A stretch of 64,000 bases of DNA, from the NCBI GenBank assembly GCA_046710535.1, contig JBKEHH010000013.1, positions 3,707 to 67,706 on the forward strand, given 5' to 3'. This stretch comes from Pseudomonadales bacterium. GTDB lineage: Bacteria; Pseudomonadota; Gammaproteobacteria; Pseudomonadales; CAWVSB01. The notes beneath the pieces are model-generated. The model searched no databases. It was not told the origin of the DNA and worked only from the letters and a program-made list of their open reading frames with translations. Positions 36,589-49,029 of the stretch are shown piece after piece. Position 1 is the stretch's first letter. Each line of letters begins with the position of its first letter. The translations under genes were made by a program, and so were the position numbers.

Positions 36589-37676
36589 TTATTCGCTAGC
36601 AGTCTCTGTAGCTTCCAATACTGCGACAATGCGTCGGTTATCCTGACGGCCTTCGGCTGTATCGTTATCAGCAATAGGCTTAGATTCACCATAACCAACC
36701 GAAGAAATTCGGTCTGCGTCAACGCCTCGTTCAATCAAACGATCTGCAGCAGCTTTTGCACGCTTTTCAGATAATGCTTGGTTATAAGCTGCAGCGCCAC
36801 GGCTATCAGTGTGACCTTCAATAGTTGCAGAAACATTGGTATGGGTAGATAAAAACGCTACAGCAGCATCAAAGTCTGGATGACTACCAGTTGGCCCTAA
36901 CTCGGCTGAATTATTAGGAAATCCAACAGTTAAGCTCATTGACATGGCCACTTTTTCACAACCAGACTCATTCACTACTGCACCAGCTGAACTGTTAGGG
37001 CATTGATCCATATAATCCAATACGCCGTCACTGTCAGTATCCATTGGACAACCTTTGTCATCAACAGCAACGCCTACAGGTGTACCTGGGCACTGATCTA
37101 AATCGTCAATCATGCCGTCGTTATCAGTATCTGCTGGTGGCAATTCTTCTTTCTGTTGATTAAACATATGTCCAACACTGAAAGTAATTGCATTATCAGT
37201 GCCTTCGCTAACAGTAAAGCCACGAACATCGCCACGAGCAAACCAAGAAGGATTGAAGAAGTATTTAAGGCCTAAGCCGAAGTCTAATGGAGCATCATCT
37301 GCCTTAGAACCGTCATCATAGTCGTATTTAGTTTTGCCAAAACCAGCAGATACATATGGCTGCCAGTTACCATTATTAAAGAAATAATTGAAATCTAGAC
37401 GATTACTACGTGCATCAGCATCGTTATCAAGGATGGCGTCACCGTCTAGGTCGGAACCTAAAGTAGTGACTTCAACTTCCCAGTTTGGATCAAAACGGTA
37501 TGCACCGTTAAATGCAGTTGTGTCACCTGAGTCAAGATCACGGTCGCCACTTGGCTGTAATACCCCAACACCAGCACCTAGAGAAAAACCACTCTGAGTG
37601 TTTACTTCATTAGCCACTACCAACGCAGGTAATAATGCAACGATGCAGCTAACATTTTTAATTTAGAAAATTTCAT
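36589..37676 (-). pseudogene. OmpA-family outer-membrane protein with thrombospondin type 3 (DxDxDG) repeats; the reading frame is broken at codon 8 in an A5 run
   Basis: A strong SD (CAGGAGG) and the ATG at 37676 give MKFSKLK. The body frame reads (I)KNVSCIVALLPALVVANEVNT..., that is, the rest of a signal peptide, and is offset by one base at the A5/T5 run at 37655-37659. DTDNDGMIDDLDQCP and DTDSDGVLDYMDQCP repeats. C-terminal OmpA domain (GHTDSRGAAAYNQALSEKRA). Confidence 0.8.
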
Positions 37677-37794
37677 ACAGCCTCCTGAAAAATAACTTTA
37701 TCCGTTCTTTTTATATTACAAACCAGTCAAATATGCTTTACAAATATATAACATAAACTGTACTTGCACCCCATACTTAAGTACTAGGCGCTAT

Positions 37795-37828
37795 CATATA
37801 TAAAGCGCTTACATATATAAAGCGCTTA
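37795..37828. repeat. Perfect 17-bp tandem duplication, each unit containing the palindrome AAGCGCTT
   Basis: CATATATAAAGCGCTTA occurs twice, at 37795-37811 and 37812-37828, in the divergent OmpA-like/porin intergenic region. Confidence 0.9.
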
Positions 37829-37977
37829 AACACTATAGCCACAATACCAGCATAACTTTAGCCACTTATATTCCGCGCCAAAGTATTGCCTTGGCAGTAA
37901 ACCCAAGATGAATAAATTCGATAAATTGCCAGGCTCGACACAAAAAACTTCGCATTAATTAAAATACAGCTAATATT

Positions 37978-38013
37978 TGTCATATTACTGCAATAAAACC
38001 ACGTCAATATACT
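37978..38013 (+). promoter_or_regulatory. Candidate Pho box plus -10 element upstream of the porin gene
   Basis: TGTCAT (37978) and TGCAAT (37989) are spaced 11 bp apart. CGTCAAT follows, then TATACT at 38008-38013. This resembles PhoB-type direct repeats replacing a -35 element. Confidence 0.35.
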
Positions 38014-38069
38014 CATCAACTAAAGCCTAGCTCTAGTCATTAACTACTAATTTATCACTCCATAGGGGA

Positions 38070-39191
38070 ATGAAAATGAAACTACTAACTACTGCTATGT
38101 CTGTTATCGCTTTAGCGATTGCAGCACAAGCAAATGCTGGCACTGTTACTTCAAAAGGTGACGATCTAATAATAAGCACAAAAAGCGGTCTAAAAGTGGT
38201 TACTGCTGACGGCGATAAATCGTTCGCAGTTGGCGGTCGCATTCAATGGGATTATGCAAACATTGATGTAAACGGTGACAATGTAATTAATGACACATAT
38301 ATTCGTCGCGCTCGGGTATTCTTTAAAGGTCACAATGGCGACTGGGCATATAAAGCACAGTACAACCTTGACGATAACCGCGGTGAAACAAAACGTAAAG
38401 GTGGCGTGGTAGAAGATTTATATATTCGCTATATCGGTTTTGGCGAAACGGCTAACATAACAGTTGGTAAACAAAAAGCACCTTTTGGCTTGGAAGAACT
38501 AACGAGCTCTAAAGACATCACTTCATTAGAGCGCTCAGCATCAACAGCATTATTTGCTCCAGGTCGTCACGTTGGCTTACAACTGCACGGCGCTACAGGT
38601 ATGTTCAGCTATGGCATTGGTGCTTTCGAAGCCGATAAAGAGATTATAGATAGTGACGGTCAGTTCTTCGATAGAGCGGATGATGATTCTTCAAGTATCG
38701 CGGTTGTTGGTCGTGTGACAGCAGCACCAATTAACGAAGACGGCAGAGTACTGCACTTTGGTGCAGGCTTTATTGAAGCGCCTGACGATAGCCAAAACTT
38801 CAGACTAAAAGACGTATACAACCTAGAAGTCGCAGGCGTTGCAGGACCGTTCCATTTCCAAGCGGAATACTTTGATGGTACTGATGCTGACAGTTACTAT
38901 GCGCAAGCTGGCTGGGTACTAACTGGTGAAAGCCGCCCCTACAAAAAAGGCGTATTTAAACGTATTAAGCCAAACAGTGATTCTGGCGCATGGGAACTAG
39001 TTGCCCGTTATAACGACGGCAGCGGTGACTTTGGTGAGCTAGGTGACGTTGAAGCAAAATCTTACTTGTTTGGTGCTAACTACTATACGGGTAGTGTTCG
39101 CATCGGTGCTAACTACACTCAAATGGATCAAGACTCTACTGGTGACGATGCGGATATCTTCCAAGTACGCATCCAATATGTTTACGAATAA
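38070..39191 (+). CDS. Phosphate-selective porin O/P family outer-membrane porin
   Basis: Signal peptide ending AQANA. GGRIQWDY, ITVGKQKAPFGLEELTSS and a C-terminal aromatic-rich beta-barrel end (FQVRIQYVYE). Confidence 0.85.
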   Translation: MKMKLLTTAMSVIALAIAAQANAGTVTSKGDDLIISTKSGLKVVTADGDKSFAVGGRIQWDYANIDVNGDNVINDTYIRRARVFFKGHNGDWAYKAQYNLDDNRGETKRKGGVVEDLYIRYIGFGETANITVGKQKAPFGLEELTSSKDITSLERSASTALFAPGRHVGLQLHGATGMFSYGIGAFEADKEIIDSDGQFFDRADDDSSSIAVVGRVTAAPINEDGRVLHFGAGFIEAPDDSQNFRLKDVYNLEVAGVAGPFHFQAEYFDGTDADSYYAQAGWVLTGESRPYKKGVFKRIKPNSDSGAWELVARYNDGSGDFGELGDVEAKSYLFGANYYTGSVRIGANYTQMDQDSTGDDADIFQVRIQYVYE

Positions 39192-39212
39192 GTCGTAACA
39201 GCTCCCCCTCTT

Positions 39213-39251
39213 CCCTGACTTTGGCTTATCGCCTAGTCGGGGATTTTTTTT
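39213..39251 (+). terminator. Rho-independent terminator after the porin gene
   Basis: CCCTGACT-(14 nt)-AGTCGGGG (one G-U pair) followed by ATTTTTTTT. Confidence 0.7.
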
Positions 39252-39402
39252 GCCTGCTCAAAAGACCCTCATCAAATACAATCTATTTAGCCGATTAATC
39301 CTCTAATTTGCATTACTTTCAGCGCCCGCACCGCTATAATTGCTGCCGCAAAATTCACAGTACAGCACTGTGATCAGTTAACAATGAAGTGAAGGATATC
39401 CG

Positions 39403-40674
39403 GTGGACTTAACAACAGCCTCAAATGAGCAATTGCAAGCGTTACAAACCAATTTAGAGCGAGAGTATTCCGCCCTAAAACAAGCCGGGCTAAACCTTGA
39501 TTTAACTCGTGGCAAACCAAGCAGCGACCAACTTAGTTTATCCAATAGCTTAGATGGCATTCTGCAGGGGGACTATAGTATGGATAACACCGATCTGCGT
39601 AATTATGGCGGTCTTGATGGCCTGACATCTGCAAAAGCCCTATTTGCCCCCGTTATTGATGTCGCTGTTAATGAAATCCTAATTGGTGGCAACAGCAGCT
39701 TAACCTTAATGCATCAATGCATGACATTTTGCCATCTGTTCGGACTAAACGGCGCAGACAGCGCATGGTCAAAACAAGGCCAGATCAAGTTTTTATGCCC
39801 AGTACCTGGCTATGACCGCCATTTTAGTGTGTGCGAGCAACTTGGCATCGAAATGATTCCTGTGGCAATCAGTGATACCGGCCCAGACATGGACCAAGTT
39901 GAAGCCTTGATAAAAGCCGATCCGCAAATCAAAGGAATTTGGTGTGTACCGCGTTTTTCAAACCCTACCGGCTGTGTCTATAGCGATGAAACTGTTGATA
40001 GACTCGCTCAACTTGCTAATACCGCCGGGGATAACTTCCGTATTTTTTATGACAATGCCTATGCCGTTCACAGCTTGTCAGCTGATGCGCCAATATTGAA
40101 GCCTATAATGGCGGCCTGTAAAAATTATGGCACTGAAGAGAGCGTATTGATTTTTGGCTCTACCTCCAAAATAACCTTCGCCGGTGCAGGCGTTTGCTAT
40201 TTGGGGGCAAGTAAAACAAACCTAGCCGCTATTACCAGACATATGGGTATCTCTTCAATTGGTCCAAATAAGGTTGACCAAGCCAGGCATGTAAAATTTT
40301 TGCAAGACGCCGTCGGCATCAATGCACTTATGAGCGAACACGCAAAACTACTGCAACCACGCTTTAAAGCGGTTATTGACGGCCTTCAAAATGAGCTGGC
40401 TGATAGCGGTATTTGTCAGTGGACCAACCCAGAAGGCGGTTACTTTATCTCATTTGACACGCTTCCAGGCCTTGCTAAAACTGTGGTGGGGATGGCCGCA
40501 GATGCGGGTGTTAAGCTAACACCGGCTGGCGCGACCTTCCCTTATGGCCGTGACCCAGAGGATAAAAATATTCGCATCGCACCTAGCGTTCCGTCAGTAG
40601 ACGAAATAACAAAAGCAACTGAGGTTTTTGTTAACTGCGTAAAACTAGCAACGGTAAATAAGCTTTTAGCTTAA
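39403..40674 (+). CDS. Class I/II PLP-dependent aminotransferase (GTG start)
   Basis: LDLTRGKPSSDQL, FSNPTG, YDNAY and STSKITFAGAG (Lys for PLP) blocks. Confidence 0.85.
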   Translation: MDLTTASNEQLQALQTNLEREYSALKQAGLNLDLTRGKPSSDQLSLSNSLDGILQGDYSMDNTDLRNYGGLDGLTSAKALFAPVIDVAVNEILIGGNSSLTLMHQCMTFCHLFGLNGADSAWSKQGQIKFLCPVPGYDRHFSVCEQLGIEMIPVAISDTGPDMDQVEALIKADPQIKGIWCVPRFSNPTGCVYSDETVDRLAQLANTAGDNFRIFYDNAYAVHSLSADAPILKPIMAACKNYGTEESVLIFGSTSKITFAGAGVCYLGASKTNLAAITRHMGISSIGPNKVDQARHVKFLQDAVGINALMSEHAKLLQPRFKAVIDGLQNELADSGICQWTNPEGGYFISFDTLPGLAKTVVGMAADAGVKLTPAGATFPYGRDPEDKNIRIAPSVPSVDEITKATEVFVNCVKLATVNKLLA

Positions 40675-40705
40675 TAAATAGTCGCGTAGAAAAATGTAGG
40701 GCAAT

Positions 40706-40733
40706 AAAAAAGGGAGCATAGGCTCCCTTTTTC
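40706..40733. terminator. Bidirectional rho-independent terminator
   Basis: AAAAAAGGGAGC-ATAG-GCTCCCTTTTT. Confidence 0.85.
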
Positions 40734-40753
40734 TATCTAGCTAAGTCAGTTAG

Positions 40754-41107
40754 CTAGTCGGATGAATCACCGCCACCAGATGGTGTAATAGGCCGCGAAC
40801 CACCGACCGGAAATGCTGTCACTTTATCACCGGCTTTTACTTCTCTAATTTTGCCGCTGCCTTCTTTTTCAACCTCATCGATACGCAGTAAATTATGCAT
40901 CGGTATATAGCTACGCCTTACGTCAGCAAACTCGATTTTTAATTTCTCTTCTGCAGGATCGACGATCATTTTCGCTTTTTCGCCGAAGATAAAATCCTCA
41001 ACCTCAATAAAGCCATACATATCACTTTGATAAATAGCTTTCGCGTAAAGCTCGTAAACTTTGTTGTGATTAAGAAAGACCACTCTATAAACAGGGGATT
41101 TAGCCAT
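40754..41107 (-). CDS. DUF1820-family protein
   Basis: YRVVFLNHNKVYELYAKAIYQSDMYGFIEVEDFIFGE...IPMHNLLRIDEV. I place the start at the ATG at 41107 (MAKSPVY). Confidence 0.75.
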   Translation of the reverse strand: MAKSPVYRVVFLNHNKVYELYAKAIYQSDMYGFIEVEDFIFGEKAKMIVDPAEEKLKIEFADVRRSYIPMHNLLRIDEVEKEGSGKIREVKAGDKVTAFPVGGSRPITPSGGGDSSD

Positions 41108-41241
41108 TTTGTGCCTATTATTACTAAAAAATCGTGCCAACTAATTCGGGCGCGGATCATACCATAAACTAGCAAAAGACCATATCTATAACCGCTTGGT
41201 ATTTGCTATAATACTCCTCCAATTTCCATTAGATAAAGACC

Positions 41242-42588
41242 ATGGCTGCAAAACCAATTAAAAAGCTGTTTGTGAAAACCCACGGCTGCCAAATGAACGA
41301 ATATGACTCGGCTCGTATGAAAGACTTGCTAGCCGACAGCCATGAGTATGTTGCCTGCGATACCGCTGAAGAAGCCGATGTATTGCTGCTAAATACCTGC
41401 TCTATTCGTGAAAGAGCGCAAGACAAGGTTTACCACCAACTAGGCCGCTGGAAAAAACTGAAAGATAAGAATCCCGATTTAATTATTGGCGTTGGCGGCT
41501 GTGTAGCCAGCCAAGAAGGCGACTCGATTAGTAAGCGCGCACCCCATGTAGACATGATCTTTGGCCCACAAACTTTACATCGCCTACCCGAAATGATTGA
41601 TGCGGTCGAAATACATGAAACCCAAGCCACTGTTGTGGATATAAGCTTTCTTGAAATTGAAAAATTCGACCGTTTGCCTGAACCTCAAGTAGACGGCCCT
41701 TCAGCCTTCGTCTCGATTATGGAAGGTTGCAGTAAATATTGTACTTTTTGCGTCGTTCCCTACACCCGCGGTGAAGAAGTTAGCCGCCCCTTTGATGATG
41801 TTATAACCGAAGTGGCCCAACTTGCTGCCAAAGGGGTGCGCGAAGTTAATTTGCTGGGCCAAAATGTTAATGCCTACCGCGGCCCTAATCATGATGGCGA
41901 AATTATCGACTTTGCTGAACTAATCCCTTTTGTTGCAGCCATCCCTGGGATAGACCGCATTCGTTATACTACCTCCCATCCGGTAGAGTTTAGCGACGGC
42001 CTTATCCAAGCCTATGCCAGTACCCCAGAATTGGTCAACCATTTACACCTGCCGGTACAGCATGGTTCAGATCGTATTTTGACGGCGATGAAACGTGGTC
42101 ACACCGCTGCTGAATACATTGCCAAAATACGTAAATTACAACAAGTTCGCCCTGATATTAGTTTGTCATCAGACTTTATTATCGGTTTCCCCGGTGAAAC
42201 CGAAGAAGATTTTGAAGCCACTATGAACTTAATTGCCGAAATTGGTTTCGACCACTCCTTCAGCTTTATTTATTCAGCGCGCCCAGGAACTCCCGCGGCA
42301 GAGCTTGAAGACAACACTCCTGAAAAGGTGAAAAAAGAACGTTTGGCAATTTTACAGCAGCGTATTATTCAAAATACCACGGCGATTAGTCGCCGCATGG
42401 TAGGTACCGAACAAACTGTATTAATCACTGGCGTATCGAAAAAAGACCCAGGTGAATTACAAGCGAGAACCGAAAACAATCGTGTTGTTAACTTCCATTG
42501 TCCTGACCAGTCGCTTATTGGTGAATTTGCCAAGGTAAGCATCGTTGAAGCTTATGCCAACTCATTACGCGGAGAACTAATCGCCTAG
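41242..42588 (+). CDS. miaB: tRNA-2-methylthio-N6-dimethylallyladenosine synthase
   Basis: [11 protein letters not shown], radical-SAM [11 protein letters not shown], and a TRAM domain at the C-terminus. Confidence 0.95.
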   Translation: MAAKPIKKLFVKTHGCQMNEYDSARMKDLLADSHEYVACDTAEEADVLLLNTCSIRERAQDKVYHQLGRWKKLKDKNPDLIIGVGGCVASQEGDSISKRAPHVDMIFGPQTLHRLPEMIDAVEIHETQATVVDISFLEIEKFDRLPEPQVDGPSAFVSIMEGCSKYCTFCVVPYTRGEEVSRPFDDVITEVAQLAAKGVREVNLLGQNVNAYRGPNHDGEIIDFAELIPFVAAIPGIDRIRYTTSHPVEFSDGLIQAYASTPELVNHLHLPVQHGSDRILTAMKRGHTAAEYIAKIRKLQQVRPDISLSSDFIIGFPGETEEDFEATMNLIAEIGFDHSFSFIYSARPGTPAAELEDNTPEKVKKERLAILQQRIIQNTTAISRRMVGTEQTVLITGVSKKDPGELQARTENNRVVNFHCPDQSLIGEFAKVSIVEAYANSLRGELIA

Positions 42589-42602
42589 GCGATGGAGAAG
42601 TA

Positions 42603-43613
42603 TTGAATACACCAGCCCCCACTGTACAAACTGTTACTTTAGAACCTAATGATGTCAAGTGCCTTGCCGTGCTATGCGGACAGCATGACGAGCATCTACG
42701 CCAAATAGAAAAGCGCCTGCAAATTGGTCTAGTTAATCGTGGCAATCAATTTCAGCTTACTGGCCCGATAGAAAAAGTCGGCACTGGTGCAACATTATTG
42801 GTCGATTTATACCAACAGGTATTAGATGGCCTTGCGCTAACGCCGGAGCAAATTCACCTACAGCTGCAAGTCGCCAATGTCGAACAATTAGCAGCGAGCA
42901 ATGTCAGTTCAGGTAGTGATGTAAATAATTTGCTAGGCGTTGTTAAAATACGCAAGACGACAATCAAACCTCGCGGCGGAAATCAAAAAGACTATGTCCG
43001 CGCAATTCAAGCTAATGATATAAACTTTGGCATTGGCCCAGCAGGTACTGGTAAAACATATTTAGCCGTAGCATGCGCTGTAGCAGCCTTAGAAACTGAG
43101 CAAGTAAGACGTATTTTATTAGTGCGTCCTGCAGTTGAGGCTGGCGAAAAATTAGGATTTTTACCGGGCGATTTGGCTCAAAAAATAGACCCTTATTTGC
43201 GCCCTTTATACGATGCCCTGTATGAAATAATGGGGTTTGAAAAAGTTACTAAACTGATTGAGCATAATATTATTGAAGTTGCACCACTTGCCTATATGCG
43301 TGGCCGAACGCTCAATCATTCATTTATTATTTTAGATGAAAGCCAAAACACTACCCGTGAACAAATGAAAATGTTTTTAACGCGTATTGGTTTTAGCTCT
43401 ACTGCCGTCATTACTGGTGACGTTACCCAGATTGATTTACCACGTGGCACCAAGTCAGGTCTAAATCATTCAATCGAAATTCTACAGGACGTAACCGGGA
43501 TTCACTTTACTCATTTTGATTCAACCGATATAGTGCGCCATCCGTTAGTGCAACGCATCGTTGAAGCCTATGAGCGCTACGAAAGCGACTCTGAAGCAGA
43601 CAGCCATAAATAA
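42603..43613 (+). CDS. ybeZ: PhoH-like ATPase YbeZ (TTG start)
   Basis: GPAGTGKTYLAVA Walker A, ILDESQN, ITGDVTQIDLP. Confidence 0.93.
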   Translation: MNTPAPTVQTVTLEPNDVKCLAVLCGQHDEHLRQIEKRLQIGLVNRGNQFQLTGPIEKVGTGATLLVDLYQQVLDGLALTPEQIHLQLQVANVEQLAASNVSSGSDVNNLLGVVKIRKTTIKPRGGNQKDYVRAIQANDINFGIGPAGTGKTYLAVACAVAALETEQVRRILLVRPAVEAGEKLGFLPGDLAQKIDPYLRPLYDALYEIMGFEKVTKLIEHNIIEVAPLAYMRGRTLNHSFIILDESQNTTREQMKMFLTRIGFSSTAVITGDVTQIDLPRGTKSGLNHSIEILQDVTGIHFTHFDSTDIVRHPLVQRIVEAYERYESDSEADSHK

Positions 43614-44065
43614 TGACGACCCAGCTTGAGCTGCAAAATGATGATCAGCTACGATGTCCTACCTTAGTTGATTTTGAGCTTTGGTCTAACGCCACCTTGG
43701 CGGCCATTAATTATAATAAGCCAGCGGCATTTACACTGCGAATTGCTAGCGCTAATGAGGTGCAAAGTCTAAATGCACAATATCGAAACCAAGATAAACC
43801 AACTAATGTCTTATCGTTTCCTGCGGATTTGCCAGCAGAACTAGAGCTACCGGACATAGGCGACCTTATCATCTGCGCCGAAATTGTAGAAAAAGAGGCC
43901 GTGGCACAAAATAAACCATTAAAAAGCCATTGGGCGCACATGACAGTACATGGTATTTTGCATCTTTTAGGCTATGATCATCTAGAAGATAGCGATGCTA
44001 CTAAAATGGAAGCGCTTGAAACAAAAATAGTAACGACATTGGGCTTTATAGCTCCTTATGAGTAA
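43613..44065 (+). CDS. ybeY: Endoribonuclease YbeY
   Basis: HGILHLLGYDH zinc motif; the start abuts the ybeZ stop. Confidence 0.93.
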   Translation: MTTQLELQNDDQLRCPTLVDFELWSNATLAAINYNKPAAFTLRIASANEVQSLNAQYRNQDKPTNVLSFPADLPAELELPDIGDLIICAEIVEKEAVAQNKPLKSHWAHMTVHGILHLLGYDHLEDSDATKMEALETKIVTTLGFIAPYE

Positions 44066-44100
44066 CAGCCTATTTTCACCAAGGAGTTTTACCCGCAGTC

Positions 44101-44943
44101 ATGAACGACGATAATACAACCGACGATTCCGATGATAAATCTTGGCTCGACAAGCTATCTAATATTTTCTCTGCGGAGCCGCAATCTAGAAATGAACTGC
44201 TAGAATTATTGCGCGAAGCCGAAAATAATGAAATTATCGACAACGATGCATTACGCATTTTTGAAGGTGCCATGCAAGTATCTGACCTGCAGGTACGTGA
44301 AATCATGGTGCCGCGCTCGCAGATGAAACTGATTAAAGTCGACAGTCCCATTGAAGAAATACTGCCATTAATTATCGACTCATCGCATTCACGTTTCCCT
44401 GTTGTTGGTGAATCATCTGACGACTTGAGAGGTATTTTACTAGCAAAAGATTTACTGCCACTGTTATTAAATAGAGAACAGGATTTCGAGTTAGAGCCAC
44501 TTCTTAGAACCGCACATATTGTTCCTGAAAGTAAACGCCTTAATGTACTGCTGCGTGAGTTTAGAGAAAACCGTAACCATATGGTTGTGGTTATCGACGA
44601 GTACGGCGACATCGCCGGCCTTGCCACAATTGAGGATGTACTAGAAGAAATCGTCGGTGAAATCGAAGATGAAACCGATGCTGAAGAAGATGCATTTATC
44701 AAAAAGATTTCGGACGGTGATTACATTATCAAAGCGCTTGCTCCTATCCAAGAAGTTAACGAAGAGCTCGGCACAGACTTTGATGATGATGAAGTTGATA
44801 CCATTGGCGGCATCGTCACCCAGCATTTTGGTCATGTGCCACAGCTTAACGAAGAAGCAACTATCGACAACAGTCACTTTAAAATTCTTAAAGCTGACAA
44901 TCGTCGCATACATTTATTACGTATGCGCATTAATGCTGACTAA
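44101..44943 (+). CDS. corC: CBS-pair / CorC-HlyC domain Mg/Co efflux-associated protein
   Basis: VREIMVPRSQM, EFRENRNHMVVVIDEYGDIAGLATIEDVLEEIVGEI. Confidence 0.92.
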   Translation: MNDDNTTDDSDDKSWLDKLSNIFSAEPQSRNELLELLREAENNEIIDNDALRIFEGAMQVSDLQVREIMVPRSQMKLIKVDSPIEEILPLIIDSSHSRFPVVGESSDDLRGILLAKDLLPLLLNREQDFELEPLLRTAHIVPESKRLNVLLREFRENRNHMVVVIDEYGDIAGLATIEDVLEEIVGEIEDETDAEEDAFIKKISDGDYIIKALAPIQEVNEELGTDFDDDEVDTIGGIVTQHFGHVPQLNEEATIDNSHFKILKADNRRIHLLRMRINAD

Positions 44944-44949
44944 GCCTTT

Positions 44950-46449
44950 ATGAGAAGCGCAGCAGCTAATATTCTCCTGCGTTGGCCCGGAGAAATAGGC
45001 TCAGCATTGGCCGGTTCACTTATTACCTTATCACTAGCGCCATTTAACTGCTGGCCGCTAGGTATTGCCGCCCTCGTCTTATTGCTCCTATTACTAAGCA
45101 AGGTCTCAGTTAACCGCGGCGCGCTGCGCGGTTTTATTTTTGGTCTAGGTGCATTTGGTACTGGCGCTTCATGGGTATATGTCAGCATTCATCTTCATGG
45201 CAATACGCCGATGCCATTGGCGCTGATATTAACAACACTATTTGTTGCAACGCTGGCTGCTATCCCTGCCATTGCCAGCTATTTATACTGCCGCTTCGTG
45301 CGCCAACATAAATACGGCGCATTATTGGCATTCCCCGCTTTATGGTTACTAAACGACTGGTTACGTGGCTGGCTATTTACCGGCTTCCCTTGGCTGATTA
45401 TCGGTTATGCTCATATTGATACGCCACTTGCTGGCTGGGCACCTATAATCGGCAGTACAGGTATTACGCTTATTTGCGCCTTTGTCGCTAGTAGTATTTA
45501 TCACGCTATAAAGCATAAGCAGTCTTTAGTATTAATACCCTCAGTGCTATTTTTTATTATCGGTAGCACGCTGAAAACTATTGAATGGTCACAACCAAAA
45601 GGGCAGCCTGCCTCGGTAGCCATGGTGCAACCAAACATTCCCCAGCAAATAAAATGGCAGCCTGGTTCATTCCCAGCTATAACTAGTCTACTGCAAGACA
45701 TGACTCAGTCGGTATCAGGAATGGATATTATCATCTGGCCTGAAGCTGCTATTCCGCGCGTATATCAGCAGTCCGAAAGTCTTATTAATCGCTTGCAAAA
45801 AAACGCTATCACAAACAATTACGCTTTGATCAGCGGCATACCATGGCGCGACGATACGGGCGAGCAGCGGCAATATTACAACAGCCTAATGAGCGTTGGT
45901 AGTATAACTCAGACCTACCATAAGCAAAATCTGGTGCCATTTGGCGAACATATGCCGTTAGAATTTTTACTGCGAGGCTTAATTGAGTTTTTTGATTTGC
46001 CAATGTCTAGCTTCAGCCCCGGACCAGCAGATCAATCGCCTTTTACAGTCCAGCAATGGAACATCGGCGCTTCTATTTGCTATGAAATTGCCTATGCTAA
46101 TTTAATCGCTCGGAGCGCCAAAAACAGCGACTTTTTCATCACCGTGAGCAACGATTCATGGTTTGGTGAATCAATCGGACCACTGCAGCATTTTCAGATG
46201 GCTAGAATGCGCGCCTTAGAAAACAGTCGCTATTTAGTCCGCGGCACCAATAACGGCATCTCAGCGATAATTAATCACAAAGGGCAAGTTATTAATCAGG
46301 GTAAGCAATTTACTCGGGAAATAGTCACTGGCTCGGTCCAAGGCATGCGCGGTAATACCCCATTTAGTACAACCGGCGACTGGCCTGTTGTCATACTCTC
46401 GCTAATCAGCGTTATGTTGATATCGATTCGCGCTAGAAAATCCGGATAA
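44950..46449 (+). CDS. lnt: Apolipoprotein N-acyltransferase
   Basis: Multi-TM N-terminus, CN-hydrolase domain with IIWPE and ICYE (catalytic Cys), and a C-terminal TM segment. Confidence 0.92.
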   Translation: MRSAAANILLRWPGEIGSALAGSLITLSLAPFNCWPLGIAALVLLLLLLSKVSVNRGALRGFIFGLGAFGTGASWVYVSIHLHGNTPMPLALILTTLFVATLAAIPAIASYLYCRFVRQHKYGALLAFPALWLLNDWLRGWLFTGFPWLIIGYAHIDTPLAGWAPIIGSTGITLICAFVASSIYHAIKHKQSLVLIPSVLFFIIGSTLKTIEWSQPKGQPASVAMVQPNIPQQIKWQPGSFPAITSLLQDMTQSVSGMDIIIWPEAAIPRVYQQSESLINRLQKNAITNNYALISGIPWRDDTGEQRQYYNSLMSVGSITQTYHKQNLVPFGEHMPLEFLLRGLIEFFDLPMSSFSPGPADQSPFTVQQWNIGASICYEIAYANLIARSAKNSDFFITVSNDSWFGESIGPLQHFQMARMRALENSRYLVRGTNNGISAIINHKGQVINQGKQFTREIVTGSVQGMRGNTPFSTTGDWPVVILSLISVMLISIRARKSG

Positions 46450-46539
46450 TCCCAGTCCTTATAGGCCTTGCCGCTGGGAACTTAGCAGCCACTAAGGTAT
46501 CCTTGTTTGCCTATTTACCGACACTTATTGGATTACTAG

Positions 46540-49008
<2,469 letters not shown>

Positions 49009-49029
49009 ATCAAGTCCAAAGGTATCAGC

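Noticed and set aside
27563-40733. Near-identical sequences GGGCAATAAAAAGGGAGC...GCTCCCTTTTT at 27561-27599 and 40699-40733, possibly a REP- or MITE-like repeat family
   Set aside because: Both are simple bidirectional terminators between convergent genes (A-tract, GC stem, T-tract). The shared part is short and of low complexity, and two copies are not enough to call a family. A genome-wide count would be needed.
44076-44702. 208-aa Ser-rich minus-strand ORF, and other long antisense ORFs (e.g. 44641-44913, 5849-6163, 28337-28807, 48582-48899)
   Set aside because: All lie fully inside well-supported conserved genes (corC, ybiT, the KstD-like gene, leuS) on the opposite strand. Their composition is biased and they have no motifs. 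These are typical shadow ORFs.
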